A stretch of DNA of 64,000 nucleotides from Fibrobacteria bacterium (GTDB taxonomy: Bacteria > Fibrobacterota > Fibrobacteria > UBA11236 > JADFYW01), in NCBI GenBank assembly GCA_050294405.1, contig JBNKOC010000021.1, forward strand, positions 18,335 to 82,334, read 5' to 3'. Shown here piece after piece: positions 29,326 to 39,508 of this stretch. Made by a program: the position numbers and the translations under genes. The notes beneath the pieces are model-generated. The model did not search any database, was not told the DNA's origin, and was given only the letters and a program-made list of their open reading frames with translations. Every line of letters begins with the position of its first letter. Positions within the stretch are counted from its first letter, which is position 1.

Positions 29326-30600
29326 TTAATTTTTGCGGGGAAAAAAATCCATAAAGGATTCTGGCGCTATCACTGTTCGCCCCAAGGCCTTTTCCAAATC
29401 CTGGCAACTGAGATCATCCAAAAACTTCCCTTCCCCATTGAGGCTATTGGGAGGAATTAAAACAGGCCCTGTTAAATGAGAATCTTTTAAGGCTTCTATA
29501 AAATCCCTGCCGCATAAAAGCCCTGTAACGCTAACTTCCTTGCCAAAAGTTTTATTTTCACAAACTTTAAGTTCTGAATTTAGCCCGTTTTTTTCTTTGA
29601 GGCTCGTCAATATTTTTTCCAAGGTGCCAGAGGCCAATTGGGCGGTTGCCACACTCACATTCCAATCTTTAGGTGCTGCGGGCAGTTTTTTAGCCTGACT
29701 TTGGTAATCCTTTAGCAAATAACATAAAGTCCCTACTCCGTTTTCATATTGGGAAAAATCACCATAGTATTCTGGCGATGGCAGGGGTTCATTAGCTTTC
29801 ACATACATTTCATCGGAGGCATATACAAAATTGCAGCCAAATTTTTCCTCGCATATTCTATTGTAACTGTGGACAATATCAAGAGCCTCTTTGGCATCGG
29901 ATTCGCTGAAAGTATTCAGGTCCACCAAATGGCGGCGGTGACCGGTCAACCCAACGGGCACCACTGATATGCTTAACAATGAGGGATAAAATTCCATAAG
30001 CTCTTCGATGGATTTTTTTAACTGAGCTTTATCGTTCCAACCGGGAATTACCACCAATTGGGTGTGGAAATCAATTTGCTTTTCCCTAAGCCAATGAAGG
30101 CGCTCTAAAATGGGCTCTAATTTTTGATTCCCTAAGAGCTTTGCCCTAAGTTCCGGATCTGTGGCATGGACGGAAATGTATATGGGAGATAAATGCTGTT
30201 CCACCACCCTGGTCCATTCCTTAGGGCCCATGTTAGATAAAGTCGTGAAATGCCCATCTAAAAAAGAGTAGCGGTAATCTTCATCCTTAACATAAAGAGA
30301 TTTACGCATACCTCGGGGGTTTTGATACACAAAGCAAAAAACGCAATTGTTTTTGCACAAATGGATTTTCATCACTTCGGGGATAATGCCAAGAGTGGAG
30401 CCGTAATCCCGGTCCAGTTCCATTTGCAACAGTTCCTGGCCCCGCATAACTTCCAGTTCTAGATTTTCTTCGGATTTATAAAATTCAAAATCCAGCCTGT
30501 CGCGCACTTCCTCTCCATTTATTTTCAGGATTTTATCTCCGGCCATAAGGCCGGCTTCCATGGCCAGGGAGTTTTCTTCAATTTCTGCAATTTTAATCAT
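29326..30600 (-). CDS. PDZ + radical SAM DUF512 protein (TIGR03279-like)
   Basis: N-terminal PDZ, CKNNCVFC, LYVKDEDYRYSF, QYENGVG. Confidence 0.9.
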   Translation of the reverse strand: MIKIAEIEENSLAMEAGLMAGDKILKINGEEVRDRLDFEFYKSEENLELEVMRGQELLQMELDRDYGSTLGIIPEVMKIHLCKNNCVFCFVYQNPRGMRKSLYVKDEDYRYSFLDGHFTTLSNMGPKEWTRVVEQHLSPIYISVHATDPELRAKLLGNQKLEPILERLHWLREKQIDFHTQLVVIPGWNDKAQLKKSIEELMEFYPSLLSISVVPVGLTGHRRHLVDLNTFSESDAKEALDIVHSYNRICEEKFGCNFVYASDEMYVKANEPLPSPEYYGDFSQYENGVGTLCYLLKDYQSQAKKLPAAPKDWNVSVATAQLASGTLEKILTSLKEKNGLNSELKVCENKTFGKEVSVTGLLCGRDFIEALKDSHLTGPVLIPPNSLNGEGKFLDDLSCQDLEKALGRTVIAPESFMDFFPRKN

Positions 30601-30753
30601 AAATCAGTTCTTAGGGCCAAAGGCCATTTGGAATATAGCTCATTTTCCTGAAAAAACGAGTGAATTGCCCCTTTCAACCTCCTATGGATAATTGTTCTTT
30701 ATGAAGAAAGCCAAACATCGTAAAATGAGGAAAAACCAAAGTTTAAAAGCCAG

Positions 30754-31875
30754 ATGAAAAGCCCTAAAAAAATAGTCCTGGATTTGCGCCCCCTGCAATG
30801 CAGCTACAAAAATAAGGGCATAGGCAGATACTGCTATTTTTTGGCCAAAGAACTTTCCAAAACCGGCCAATATTTCAGCCTGATTTTTAAATCTGCGCCC
30901 TCGCCAGGCCTTGCCATCGCCCCCCTTATTTGCGCTCCCATGCTAAAACGCCAATGGCTTTGGGATATGTTTATTTTGCCCTTCCATTTGTGGGTTCGAA
31001 AAGTAGATGTATTCCACAACTTTGTGGCTTTAGGTCCCCTGGACCGCATTTCTCCCCCTCTATTATTTTTGCATAAAACCGTAATCACCATCCATGATAT
31101 ACATATGTTCGAATCTAAGAAAAACGATCTTGATAATTTTTACAAAAATACCATGCGCATAAAATTGCAAAAAGCCTTAGTTAGGAATAGCGCAAAAATT
31201 ATTTTTGACACCAACTTAGTGAAAGAAAAGTTAATGGACAAATGGGATTTTCCCCCGGAAAGATGTGAAACAGTACCTCTCGGTGGAAACCATGTAGAAA
31301 ACTGGCAAACAAAAGAAGTTCTGCTACCTAGTGGAGCAAAGGCTGAAGAAATATGTTATCTACTTTCTATAGGGGATACTCCCAATAAAAACCTGGCCTT
31401 GGGTTACCAGATACTGAAAATTTTGCGCAAAAGCAATCCGAATGTCCATTGGATAATTTGCGGAGACCCCAATAGATTAGAAAGCTATTTCACTTCCAGG
31501 GAGAACAACTGGATTCATTTTTTATCTCATGTATCTGACGAGGAGTTGTGTTATTTATACCGACATGCCCAAATGTTACTTTTTCCATCTGCCATCGAAG
31601 GTTTTGGAATTCCCGTGGTTGAAGCGGCTTATTTAAGCTGCGCTATTGTAGTGGGCAACACGCGCCCCATGAGTGACCACATCAGTTGGAAAAGCGAGCT
31701 TAATTCAGAAGATTTTTCCCCAAAAAATGCGGAAAAATGGGCCGATGAGTGCCGGGAACTCTTGGAAAAAACCTCCAAAAAAGCGCAGCGCGTTGCCCTG
31801 GGAAAAGAATTTTCCCGGCATTTTCACTGGGCCCAAAGCGCAAAATCCTTTGCTCAGTTCTATTCTGCTATTTAA
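30754..31875 (+). CDS. glycosyltransferase family 4
   Basis: GIGRY, TIHD, KNL, FPSAIEGFGIPVVEA. Confidence 0.9.
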   Translation: MKSPKKIVLDLRPLQCSYKNKGIGRYCYFLAKELSKTGQYFSLIFKSAPSPGLAIAPLICAPMLKRQWLWDMFILPFHLWVRKVDVFHNFVALGPLDRISPPLLFLHKTVITIHDIHMFESKKNDLDNFYKNTMRIKLQKALVRNSAKIIFDTNLVKEKLMDKWDFPPERCETVPLGGNHVENWQTKEVLLPSGAKAEEICYLLSIGDTPNKNLALGYQILKILRKSNPNVHWIICGDPNRLESYFTSRENNWIHFLSHVSDEELCYLYRHAQMLLFPSAIEGFGIPVVEAAYLSCAIVVGNTRPMSDHISWKSELNSEDFSPKNAEKWADECRELLEKTSKKAQRVALGKEFSRHFHWAQSAKSFAQFYSAI

Positions 31876-31949
31876 GCCTCCCAAATCAAAAAAAAACTCC
31901 CAAAAACTTGGGAAAAAGGGAAAAAAATTTAACTTTTCCCAGCATTGGA

Positions 31950-32036
31950 GCCCGGGTGGCGGAATTGGTAGACGCTGAGGACTTAAAATCCTTTCCTCTT
32001 TTGAGGGTACGAGTTCAAGTCTCGTCCTGGGCACCA
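31950..32036 (+). tRNA. tRNA-Leu(TAA)
   Basis: Acceptor GCCCGGG/CCTGGGC, D-arm GGAATTGGTAGAC, anticodon loop CT-TAA-AA, long variable arm, GTTCAAGT T-loop, encoded CCA. Confidence 0.96.
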
Positions 32037-32278
32037 AATTAAAATTAGCGACTCCCCCATTTTCCATTCCTAAATCAAATTTCGCCCTCTTTAAACATTC
32101 AAATTTGATTTCCAAAATCCATGGATTCAAATCACGCTTCAGTTCTTGTTGCCAACCGACCCCTAATCCAGTCTAAAATAATCCGGTACATAATTATGTT
32201 TGTGCTGCGTTCAAAAACCAGCCTGCTGTTTTTATTTTCCTGTAGGATGTTATAAAGGGTGCAACTTTTTTTGAGAGG

Positions 32279-32306
32279 AACGGGTTTTGGAAACCCAAAA
32301 CCCGTT
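32279..32306. repeat. 12-bp inverted repeat
   Basis: aacgggttttgg-aaac-ccaaaacccgtt. Confidence 0.5.
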
Positions 32307-32666
32307 ATAATAATTAGGCCGCAATTAATCGCGCAACGGACACTAATTGAAGCATCCTATATATAGAAAAACCCGCATGAAGCAATCAATATTTTTTTTA
32401 ACAATAGAACACTTTTCTGTGCAGATTAAAAATAATCGGTATAAAATAATCAGTTCCAATTGTAGTTGGATTAAACTTTTATCCAATACTTATTTTTTCC
32501 TAATTTATTCCCCAAAATAATTGAATCCTCACAAAAAGACTGAATTGAGTTTGCTTTTCATATCAAGAGCGGATTTTATAAACTTTTACATAAAAATGCC
32601 GTACAATTAGAGTCACGAAACGATGCTCCTTTTATAGCAGGAGTGTATATTTTTTGAAGGGAAATT

Positions 32667-33278
32667 ATGGACAAGGAATTGCTGGAAATATTGATTGTTG
32701 AAGACAACCAAGACGATTTAAGGTTAATATTGCGCCTGGCGGAAAAAGAATATGCAAATATGCAAGTCACCAGCGCTTCGACTCTGTCACAGGCAATGGA
32801 TAAAATCAGCCAAAAAAAATTCGATGCCATTGTTTTGGATTTGGGTCTTCCAGATTCCTGGGGTTATGAAACATTTGAAAAAATATTCAGCATTATCCCT
32901 CAGACCCCCATTGTGGTTAATAGCGCCTTAAACGAAGAAGGTATGGCTTTTATCGCCTTAAAAAAAGGCGCGAAAAAATATTTCACCAAAGGGCCTAATT
33001 CCAATAAAGATATATTGGACTACATATTAAATTACGATCCAAGCCAGGACCCCGCTCCAATCCCTCAGGATTTGAAACCTCCACCGGAAAAAACTCAAAT
33101 ATACAACCCTCGCTTAAGCCATGATTTAAGGGGTTGTTTCAATAACATACTGGCTTTTCAACAAATTATTGAAACTGAAGCCCATATTTCCGATCCGGAA
33201 ATGCTGGATATGGTAAAGCGCATAAAAATCCGTTGCGAAGACGGATTGAATTTAATTTCCCTTCATTTTAAAAAATAA
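32667..33278 (+). CDS. response regulator receiver fused to a HisKA-like helix pair (no ATPase domain)
   Basis: IVEDNQDD, VLDLGLPD; C-terminal LSHDLRG.FNNI H-box. Confidence 0.75.
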   Translation: MDKELLEILIVEDNQDDLRLILRLAEKEYANMQVTSASTLSQAMDKISQKKFDAIVLDLGLPDSWGYETFEKIFSIIPQTPIVVNSALNEEGMAFIALKKGAKKYFTKGPNSNKDILDYILNYDPSQDPAPIPQDLKPPPEKTQIYNPRLSHDLRGCFNNILAFQQIIETEAHISDPEMLDMVKRIKIRCEDGLNLISLHFKK

Positions 33279-33287
33279 CCCGATGTT

Positions 33288-34421
33288 ATGAATAAATTAT
33301 ATTTATTTGTATTCATATTTTTTTGGGGAGCTATTACCGGATGCTTTAAAAAAAATATCGAGAGCATCAATATCGGCTATATTGGCCCCCTTTCCACCCG
33401 CGCCACGGATTTAGGCGTAGCTCCCGCAAAAGCCATGGAACTTGCCGTAGAGGAATACAACCTCAGCCGGCCAGATGGAGCCCCTAAAGTAATGCTCCAC
33501 ATTGAAGACGACCAATGGGAAAAATCAAAATCTCTTCCCGCCTACGAAAAATTGCGAAAGAAACATAAAATTGATATTCTGCTCATCAGCAATACGGATG
33601 GCACCGTTGCGGTGCAGAATAAATTACTGGAAGACAAGGTTATATGTGTCAACCCTTTAAATAGCGATGAGCTTTTGTCTTCTTTAAATAAAAACACTTT
33701 TAAAATCGCCAAGCGCACAGAAGACGCCAACGCCCTGGTGGCTGTCCGTATTTCTGAATTGGGACTCAAAAAAGTCTTAATTTTTCATTACCCAAACGAC
33801 TTTATGACCCGGGGAGCAAATGCAGCTAAGGCCGTTTTAGACGAATCCGGGGTTTACAATGAAATACATTTAATGAGCAAAGGAAAAAAAAATTATGAAG
33901 AGGAGCTCTCCAAAGCTAAAGCAGAAGGCTTTGATGCTTACGTATTCTTTGGTTATCAGGAATTTGGCTTTGCCATGAAACAGGCAAGACAGATGGGAAT
34001 AACGGCTCCTTTTTTTGGTTCCACGGTACTATTAACCCCGGAGTTTTACGACAATTCAGAAGGGGCCATTGTGGGCAGCGAGTTCCCCTTTTTCACCTCA
34101 GCGGATGGCAATTACATATTAGCCCATGAGTTTTTGCAAAAATACGGGGCTAAATATGGAGAATCGCCATTTTCAGTATGGCCCCCCCTCCAGGCCTATG
34201 ACGCCATTAACATCCTCTTAAATGAAATCAGGCAAGTAAATGAAAGTATAAAAAAATCGGAACATTTTAGCGACTGGTTGCGACGTCGGCTCCACAAAGT
34301 TCAGTACTACCAGGGGGTTTGCGGCAACATTTCCATTGATAAAGATGGAGCAAGTAAAGGCATTTATTTCAGCCTTTACAGCTATAAAGCAAAAGGCAAG
34401 ATAGCTAAAGTGAAGCGCTGA
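33288..34421 (+). CDS. LivJ-like (type I) periplasmic binding lipoprotein
   Basis: ITGC lipobox; INIGYIGPLS, MELAVEEYN, AYDA, YQGVCGNISID. Confidence 0.85.
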   Translation: MNKLYLFVFIFFWGAITGCFKKNIESINIGYIGPLSTRATDLGVAPAKAMELAVEEYNLSRPDGAPKVMLHIEDDQWEKSKSLPAYEKLRKKHKIDILLISNTDGTVAVQNKLLEDKVICVNPLNSDELLSSLNKNTFKIAKRTEDANALVAVRISELGLKKVLIFHYPNDFMTRGANAAKAVLDESGVYNEIHLMSKGKKNYEEELSKAKAEGFDAYVFFGYQEFGFAMKQARQMGITAPFFGSTVLLTPEFYDNSEGAIVGSEFPFFTSADGNYILAHEFLQKYGAKYGESPFSVWPPLQAYDAINILLNEIRQVNESIKKSEHFSDWLRRRLHKVQYYQGVCGNISIDKDGASKGIYFSLYSYKAKGKIAKVKR

Positions 34422-34425
34422 AAAT

Positions 34426-36405
34426 ATGAATAGTTCCATTCGCAAAAGACTAGTCCTTTCTTACAGCGTCATCTTTGCGGTTTTGGTTGTTAGCATCGGT
34501 TTAAATGGATTTATCCAATTTCGCGCCTCCAACACTTTTTCCCGAATAAAAGAACGCGCCATACCCGCGCTCGAAACCCTGGATAAATTTGAATCTATAA
34601 ATAGCGAATTACGCTTGCTCATCATTAACTACACCTTAGTCGAGGGCATAGGCAAGCTGGATGACGAGAACCGTATTCGCGGAATCATAGAAGTGGAAAT
34701 TCCCAACCTCGTATCCAGAATAGACCAAACAAAAACTGAAAATAATCTGTCTCAAAGCCGGGCATTTTTGTTTGACAACATACTAGCCCAATCCACAAAA
34801 ATTTTGGAACACAGCAAGACGATTTTATTCATTTTAAAAACCAAAGAAGATTACAACAACCCTGAAAAACTCTTAAATGTCAAAACTATTTTGGAAAACG
34901 ATTTTTTACCTCTGTCCAGCACCCTCCACTGGACCTTGCAAAACGCCCAATCAGACTATGACAATGAAAACAATAATTTGCAAATAAATTTATCCCAAAT
35001 ACTAAGCCTAATCACTAACATCAGCTTTGCATTGGGTATTTTAGGAATTATTTTAAGCCTGTTTATCGCCTACAAAACCACCAACGCCATTGTAAACCCC
35101 ATTAATAAATTAATTAACGCTACCAGGCAAGTTGTTATCGGCAACTATGAAGCTCATGTGGATTTAACCGGCAAAGACGAAGTCACTCAATTGGGCAGCG
35201 ATTTTAATATCATGACCCAATCCATTAAGCGGGGTTTTGAAAACGAGCAAAAAAACCAGAGAGATCTTGAAGCCCAGCAGAAAGAATTGGAAAAAGAAAT
35301 TGATGTCAGAATTCAAATTGAAAAAAAATTGCGAGTTATTGATCAAGCCATAAGGCAAAGCCCCATTATGGTGGAAGTTACAGATTTAAACGGAAAAGTG
35401 GATTTTGTAAACGAAAGCTTTGAAAAAATTACCGGTTACTCCCAAGATGAAGTAAAGGGAAAAAAACTCAGCTTTTTAAAATCGGGAAAAACGCCTGAGA
35501 ACCAATTTAGCGAATTGTGGCAGGCCCTAAAAAATAAAAAAAGCTGGACTGGCGTGCTTATTAACAAAAAAAAATCAGGTGAACATTTTTACGCATCCAA
35601 GGTGATTTCTCCTGTGGTGGGTCCAGATGGACAGGTTAGCCATTACATAGGAATCGGGGAAGATATTAGTGAAAAAATTGAAAATGAAAAAAAATTAAAA
35701 CATCTTATGGATGAGCTCAAAAATAAAAATGAGGAACTGGAACAATTTGCCTACAGTACTTCACATGATTTGCGCAGTCCACTTAAAACCATCCAGGGAT
35801 TAAGCGTGGCGCTGCAAGAGGAGTTAGATGAAGGAAATTATGGAATGATAAAAGAGTTTAGCAATTCCATACTTCATTCGGCTCAAAAGTTAGATCAGCT
35901 CATATTAAATATTTTTGAATACACCAAAGCCCGTGAAGGGCAATACGAATACTCAACAATTGATTTTAAAGATATATGGGCAGAGCTTATTAAAAATGGG
36001 GCGCTCCCCGCCACCGATAAAGTGAAAATTTCCACGAGTTGGTCCCATAAGCACGGTTTTATTTCGCAAAAAGTCCGCATATATCAAATTTTATCTAACT
36101 TAGTTTCTAATGCGATTAAATATTCCAATCCTGAGGAACCCAATCCTATTGTAAGAGTAAAAACAGACTCCATGGACAACAATAACATTAAGCTAATTGT
36201 AGAAGACAATGGAATTGGGATCCCGGAACATTTGAGGCATAAAATATTTACCATGTTTTTCAGGGCTTCATCGGAAAACATCAGTGGAACCGGTTTGGGT
36301 TTATCTTTAGTCAAAAAACACGTAGAACGGTTAAATGGAAAACTTGAATACATTCCCCTTGAAAGAGGAACCCAATTCGTAGCTATTTTACCCAGTAAAA
36401 ATTAA
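34426..36405 (+). CDS. sensor histidine kinase (TM-HAMP-PAS-HisKA-HATPase)
   Basis: DEVTQLG HAMP, VNESFEKITGYS PAS, FAYSTSHDLRSPL, NLVSNAIKY, DNGIG, GTGLGL. Confidence 0.95.
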   Translation: MNSSIRKRLVLSYSVIFAVLVVSIGLNGFIQFRASNTFSRIKERAIPALETLDKFESINSELRLLIINYTLVEGIGKLDDENRIRGIIEVEIPNLVSRIDQTKTENNLSQSRAFLFDNILAQSTKILEHSKTILFILKTKEDYNNPEKLLNVKTILENDFLPLSSTLHWTLQNAQSDYDNENNNLQINLSQILSLITNISFALGILGIILSLFIAYKTTNAIVNPINKLINATRQVVIGNYEAHVDLTGKDEVTQLGSDFNIMTQSIKRGFENEQKNQRDLEAQQKELEKEIDVRIQIEKKLRVIDQAIRQSPIMVEVTDLNGKVDFVNESFEKITGYSQDEVKGKKLSFLKSGKTPENQFSELWQALKNKKSWTGVLINKKKSGEHFYASKVISPVVGPDGQVSHYIGIGEDISEKIENEKKLKHLMDELKNKNEELEQFAYSTSHDLRSPLKTIQGLSVALQEELDEGNYGMIKEFSNSILHSAQKLDQLILNIFEYTKAREGQYEYSTIDFKDIWAELIKNGALPATDKVKISTSWSHKHGFISQKVRIYQILSNLVSNAIKYSNPEEPNPIVRVKTDSMDNNNIKLIVEDNGIGIPEHLRHKIFTMFFRASSENISGTGLGLSLVKKHVERLNGKLEYIPLERGTQFVAILPSKN

Positions 36406-36406
36406 T

Positions 36407-36835
36407 ATGTATATGATAAATTTAGCGCTTATACTTGATGACGACCCCTTTGATTTGATGCTAACTAATAGAGCAGTCAAAAAAAGCGGAATTTGTGAAA
36501 ACAATGTTCTTTTGAGAAACCCTGTGGAAGCTTTGGAGTACTGCTTCAAATTAAAACAAGGTCAAAATCCTGCAACTCCGGACATGATGATAATCGACAT
36601 TAACATGCCCGAAATGACTGGCTTCGAGTTTATGGAAGGACTAAAAAAAATAAACTTTGACTTTACAAAAACAGCCATTGTCATTTTAACATCATCCTTT
36701 AACCAAAGGGATGTGGATAAAGCAAAAAATCTTGGTGTACCCAATTTTTTTGTAAATAAGCCTTTAACCGCTCCCAATATTAAAAGCCAGTTAGCCGATG
36801 TTTTAGCGTTTCTAGATAATAGTTCTAAAAGCTGA
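36407..36835 (+). CDS. single-domain response regulator
   Basis: LDDD, IDINMPEMTGFEF, LTSS, KPL. Confidence 0.92.
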   Translation: MYMINLALILDDDPFDLMLTNRAVKKSGICENNVLLRNPVEALEYCFKLKQGQNPATPDMMIIDINMPEMTGFEFMEGLKKINFDFTKTAIVILTSSFNQRDVDKAKNLGVPNFFVNKPLTAPNIKSQLADVLAFLDNSSKS

Positions 36836-36842
36836 CCAACAA

Positions 36843-37712
36843 TCAGGAAACCACGTTTTTAAGCTTTTCGTTTAACGCTTCGGGAAAACTTTTCTCCCAA
36901 CTTTGAATAAGTTTTCCGTTTTCAAGCAACATTACATAAGGATAATTTTCGGATATTTGCTCTTTTGTTTTATTGGTAATTTGACAATGTTCGGCCTTTA
37001 GATTTTCCAAATCAGAATCCGCAGAAAGAACAAAAATATTTTTTTCTTTAAGAACATCAGTCAGCAAGTTTATTTTTGAAATCCAATACTTACAGGATTC
37101 ACATGCGTTTTCCAATAAGAATACGTAATTACGGCCCTTTTTTATTTTATCCGTCCATAGGGAACACCAGGAATCCTCCCATTCAGTGATTGGATTTAAG
37201 GTTTTGCCAAAACCCCAGCCATTCCAACCAATGCGCACCAATATAAATCCCAGAGGGTAAATTAATAATGCCATAACTGAAACTTTATTGGGGAGAGCTT
37301 CCTGAGTTGCAAACAACATCCAGCAGGCAACCAAAATCCCCGCCAGTGCGTTTATTGCCAGGCTCAACCCAATTGGCATTTCTATTGAAGGTCCATAACA
37401 TCCGCAATTTCCCAGCTTGTTAAATTTGTGGCCCAAAAAAGAGTGCAAGCTTCCCATACATATAAAAGCGAGTACCAACCAGGAAGTAAAATAACTTAGC
37501 CCTTGACTTAGAAGTGAAAATGCCAAAAATAGCTCGGTTGAGATCACCACCGGGACTATATATAGGGCTGCATCACCCGGCCAAAAATTTGTTTTTTTTA
37601 AAATATGATATAAATGAGAAGGCTTGGTTAATTTTAAAAGGGCCGTTATAAGTAAAAAGAAACCAATAACTATTTCTACAAGCTTTAAAAAGGAACCATC
37701 CGCCATAAGCAT
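36843..37712 (-). CDS. MauE/DoxX-family redox membrane protein with thioredoxin-like C-terminus
   Basis: Multiple TMs with NCGCYG; C-terminal CESC (CxxC). Confidence 0.7.
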   Translation of the reverse strand: MLMADGSFLKLVEIVIGFFLLITALLKLTKPSHLYHILKKTNFWPGDAALYIVPVVISTELFLAFSLLSQGLSYFTSWLVLAFICMGSLHSFLGHKFNKLGNCGCYGPSIEMPIGLSLAINALAGILVACWMLFATQEALPNKVSVMALLIYPLGFILVRIGWNGWGFGKTLNPITEWEDSWCSLWTDKIKKGRNYVFLLENACESCKYWISKINLLTDVLKEKNIFVLSADSDLENLKAEHCQITNKTKEQISENYPYVMLLENGKLIQSWEKSFPEALNEKLKNVVS

Positions 37713-37803
37713 AAATTAAAAATTAATATTCCCTATTCCAGGGTTTTTCATATTACTTGGGGAAGCTTGGAATTTATTTTAAATTGAAGAGCGTAACTTT
37801 TAT

Positions 37804-38619
37804 ATGCCAGCTAAAGCCATTGTGAAAAATAAAATGCGGAAATTTGACAACTGGAGCCTTGGACTCCTTGCATTACTGGCCATAAGCCTCTTTGTGAGTT
37901 GTACTGTTTTACCTCTAAATAATTTTCAAGATGGCAGGACTTTAGGCGAAGACAATGTCAAGGTTAAATTAGCAGCCAGCTACTCCCCCTCCTTTATTTT
38001 TAATTACGACAGTAGCCAATCCAGCGGCAATTCACCTTCATATAGGGTAAAACCCAATAAACAACAATCTCTGGCACAATTGGAACTCAATGCAGGAGTC
38101 CTTCAACAGTTGGATGTTGGTTTTGGCCTTTACACCAGCTTTGGAGCCCTCGGAGGTTATTTCACCTCTAAGGCGGCTTTATTCCCTCCTGATTTTCCAC
38201 TTGGAATAGCCCTACTAGCTAATGCAGGAGGTGGATCCAGTTGGCTTCCAGATGTTAACAGTTCTGGAAACGAGGATTACGAAGATATAGAAATTAATTT
38301 TCAAACCCTTTTTGTCGCATTAGGAGCACCCATTAGCATACACCCTGGAGCTGGCCTGGGGCTTTATTTTCAGCCAAAATATTCTTATGTATATAACTCT
38401 GGGCGAGTGGATATGGATGCTGGCTTTGACGTAAAAACATCAGGCCATAAACATCTCAATCTTTGGGGAGCAGCAACAGGTGTTAAAATAGGCCCTTTTC
38501 TTAATAACAAAATCCCCGGCGTTGCACTGGAAGGCAGTTTTTTAAAGGACCGTAATTTAAAATGGCTGTATTCCATTGGCGCCCAAATGGATTTGTCTTT
38601 TTTAATAGTCAAAAAATAG
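37804..38619 (+). CDS. hypothetical outer-membrane lipoprotein
   Basis: LFVSC lipobox, FQDGRTLG motif, beta-strand-rich body. Confidence 0.6.
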   Translation: MPAKAIVKNKMRKFDNWSLGLLALLAISLFVSCTVLPLNNFQDGRTLGEDNVKVKLAASYSPSFIFNYDSSQSSGNSPSYRVKPNKQQSLAQLELNAGVLQQLDVGFGLYTSFGALGGYFTSKAALFPPDFPLGIALLANAGGGSSWLPDVNSSGNEDYEDIEINFQTLFVALGAPISIHPGAGLGLYFQPKYSYVYNSGRVDMDAGFDVKTSGHKHLNLWGAATGVKIGPFLNNKIPGVALEGSFLKDRNLKWLYSIGAQMDLSFLIVKK

Positions 38620-38639
38620 GGAAACACTTCTCCCTGTTT

Positions 38640-39347
38640 TTATAGCTTCCCTTTGGAATTTAATTCAAGAGAATCTAGCACTTCCTTTAAAGCTTTGTCG
38701 AATTCCGGGATTAGCTTTTTATGCTTTTGATTAAAATAAGGGTAGGTAAAGACGGTATCCAACACCACTTCCTTAAACCGATTAAAAGCATCTTCTTTTA
38801 TCTCATTCCTAACAGTTACATTAACTTCAATGTATACATCTGCTTTTCCCGATTTTACAGCCTCGACTCCTTCAGCCAAATGGGTAATTGGAACCCGAAG
38901 GGAATCAGCAACATGGGTCTCTACAGCTATTTTATGAAATATAAATCCATCGTTATAAGCCACTTTTAAATTTTGCTTTGATAAATCTTTCCAGCTTTTG
39001 AACTGAATATCGGGCTTTATATAAAAACCACTCAAAATCAATTCAAATAATACTGTTGTTCCCTGAATAAGCTCTGGATACAATTCTCCATATTCCTTAA
39101 CCCTGGCGATTTCCAAATCTGCCTTGCCTAATGTTACATAGTCCCCGCATTTTTTGGGCACACAGCCTTGAACTTTAACAGCCTTTCCCAACTTGGCAAA
39201 AACCAGATTTAAAATGAGTTCGCCCTTTACACGCAGCTCCTCGTGACCCGCTCTCGGCCCTACAGCCAACAGTGTGTCTGCTGAGGGACTTGCTAACAAC
39301 ACAACAGGCAAGAAAACAAGTAATGGTAAAGCTTTAAAAAAGTGCAT
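38640..39347 (-). CDS. orphan type II substrate-binding (SBP_bac_3-like) protein
   Basis: Signal peptide; FKSWKDL, GKADVYI, YPYFNQKHKKLIPEFDKALKE. Confidence 0.65.
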   Translation of the reverse strand: MHFFKALPLLVFLPVVLLASPSADTLLAVGPRAGHEELRVKGELILNLVFAKLGKAVKVQGCVPKKCGDYVTLGKADLEIARVKEYGELYPELIQGTTVLFELILSGFYIKPDIQFKSWKDLSKQNLKVAYNDGFIFHKIAVETHVADSLRVPITHLAEGVEAVKSGKADVYIEVNVTVRNEIKEDAFNRFKEVVLDTVFTYPYFNQKHKKLIPEFDKALKEVLDSLELNSKGKL

Positions 39348-39457
39348 TAGGACTTATGTAAAAGCACAAAGGTTATTTAATGAGGAATTAGCCCCCGACT
39401 CTGCTAGAGTAAAAATTATATAAAAATGTTCAACTCATGCGTTTTTTTTCCAGGCAT

Positions 39458-39485
39458 AAAAAAAGGAGGCCAAAGCCTCCTTTTT
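39458..39485 (-). terminator. intrinsic terminator
   Basis: aaaaaggaggc-caaa-gcctccttttt downstream of the minus-strand gene 39509..41302. Confidence 0.75.
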
Positions 39486-39508
39486 CATAAAAATTTTAAA
39501 GCAGGGTT

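Noticed and set aside
31673..32130. Three short ORFs overlapping the tRNA
   Set aside because: Shadow frames across the glycosyltransferase end and tRNA-Leu, with no protein motifs
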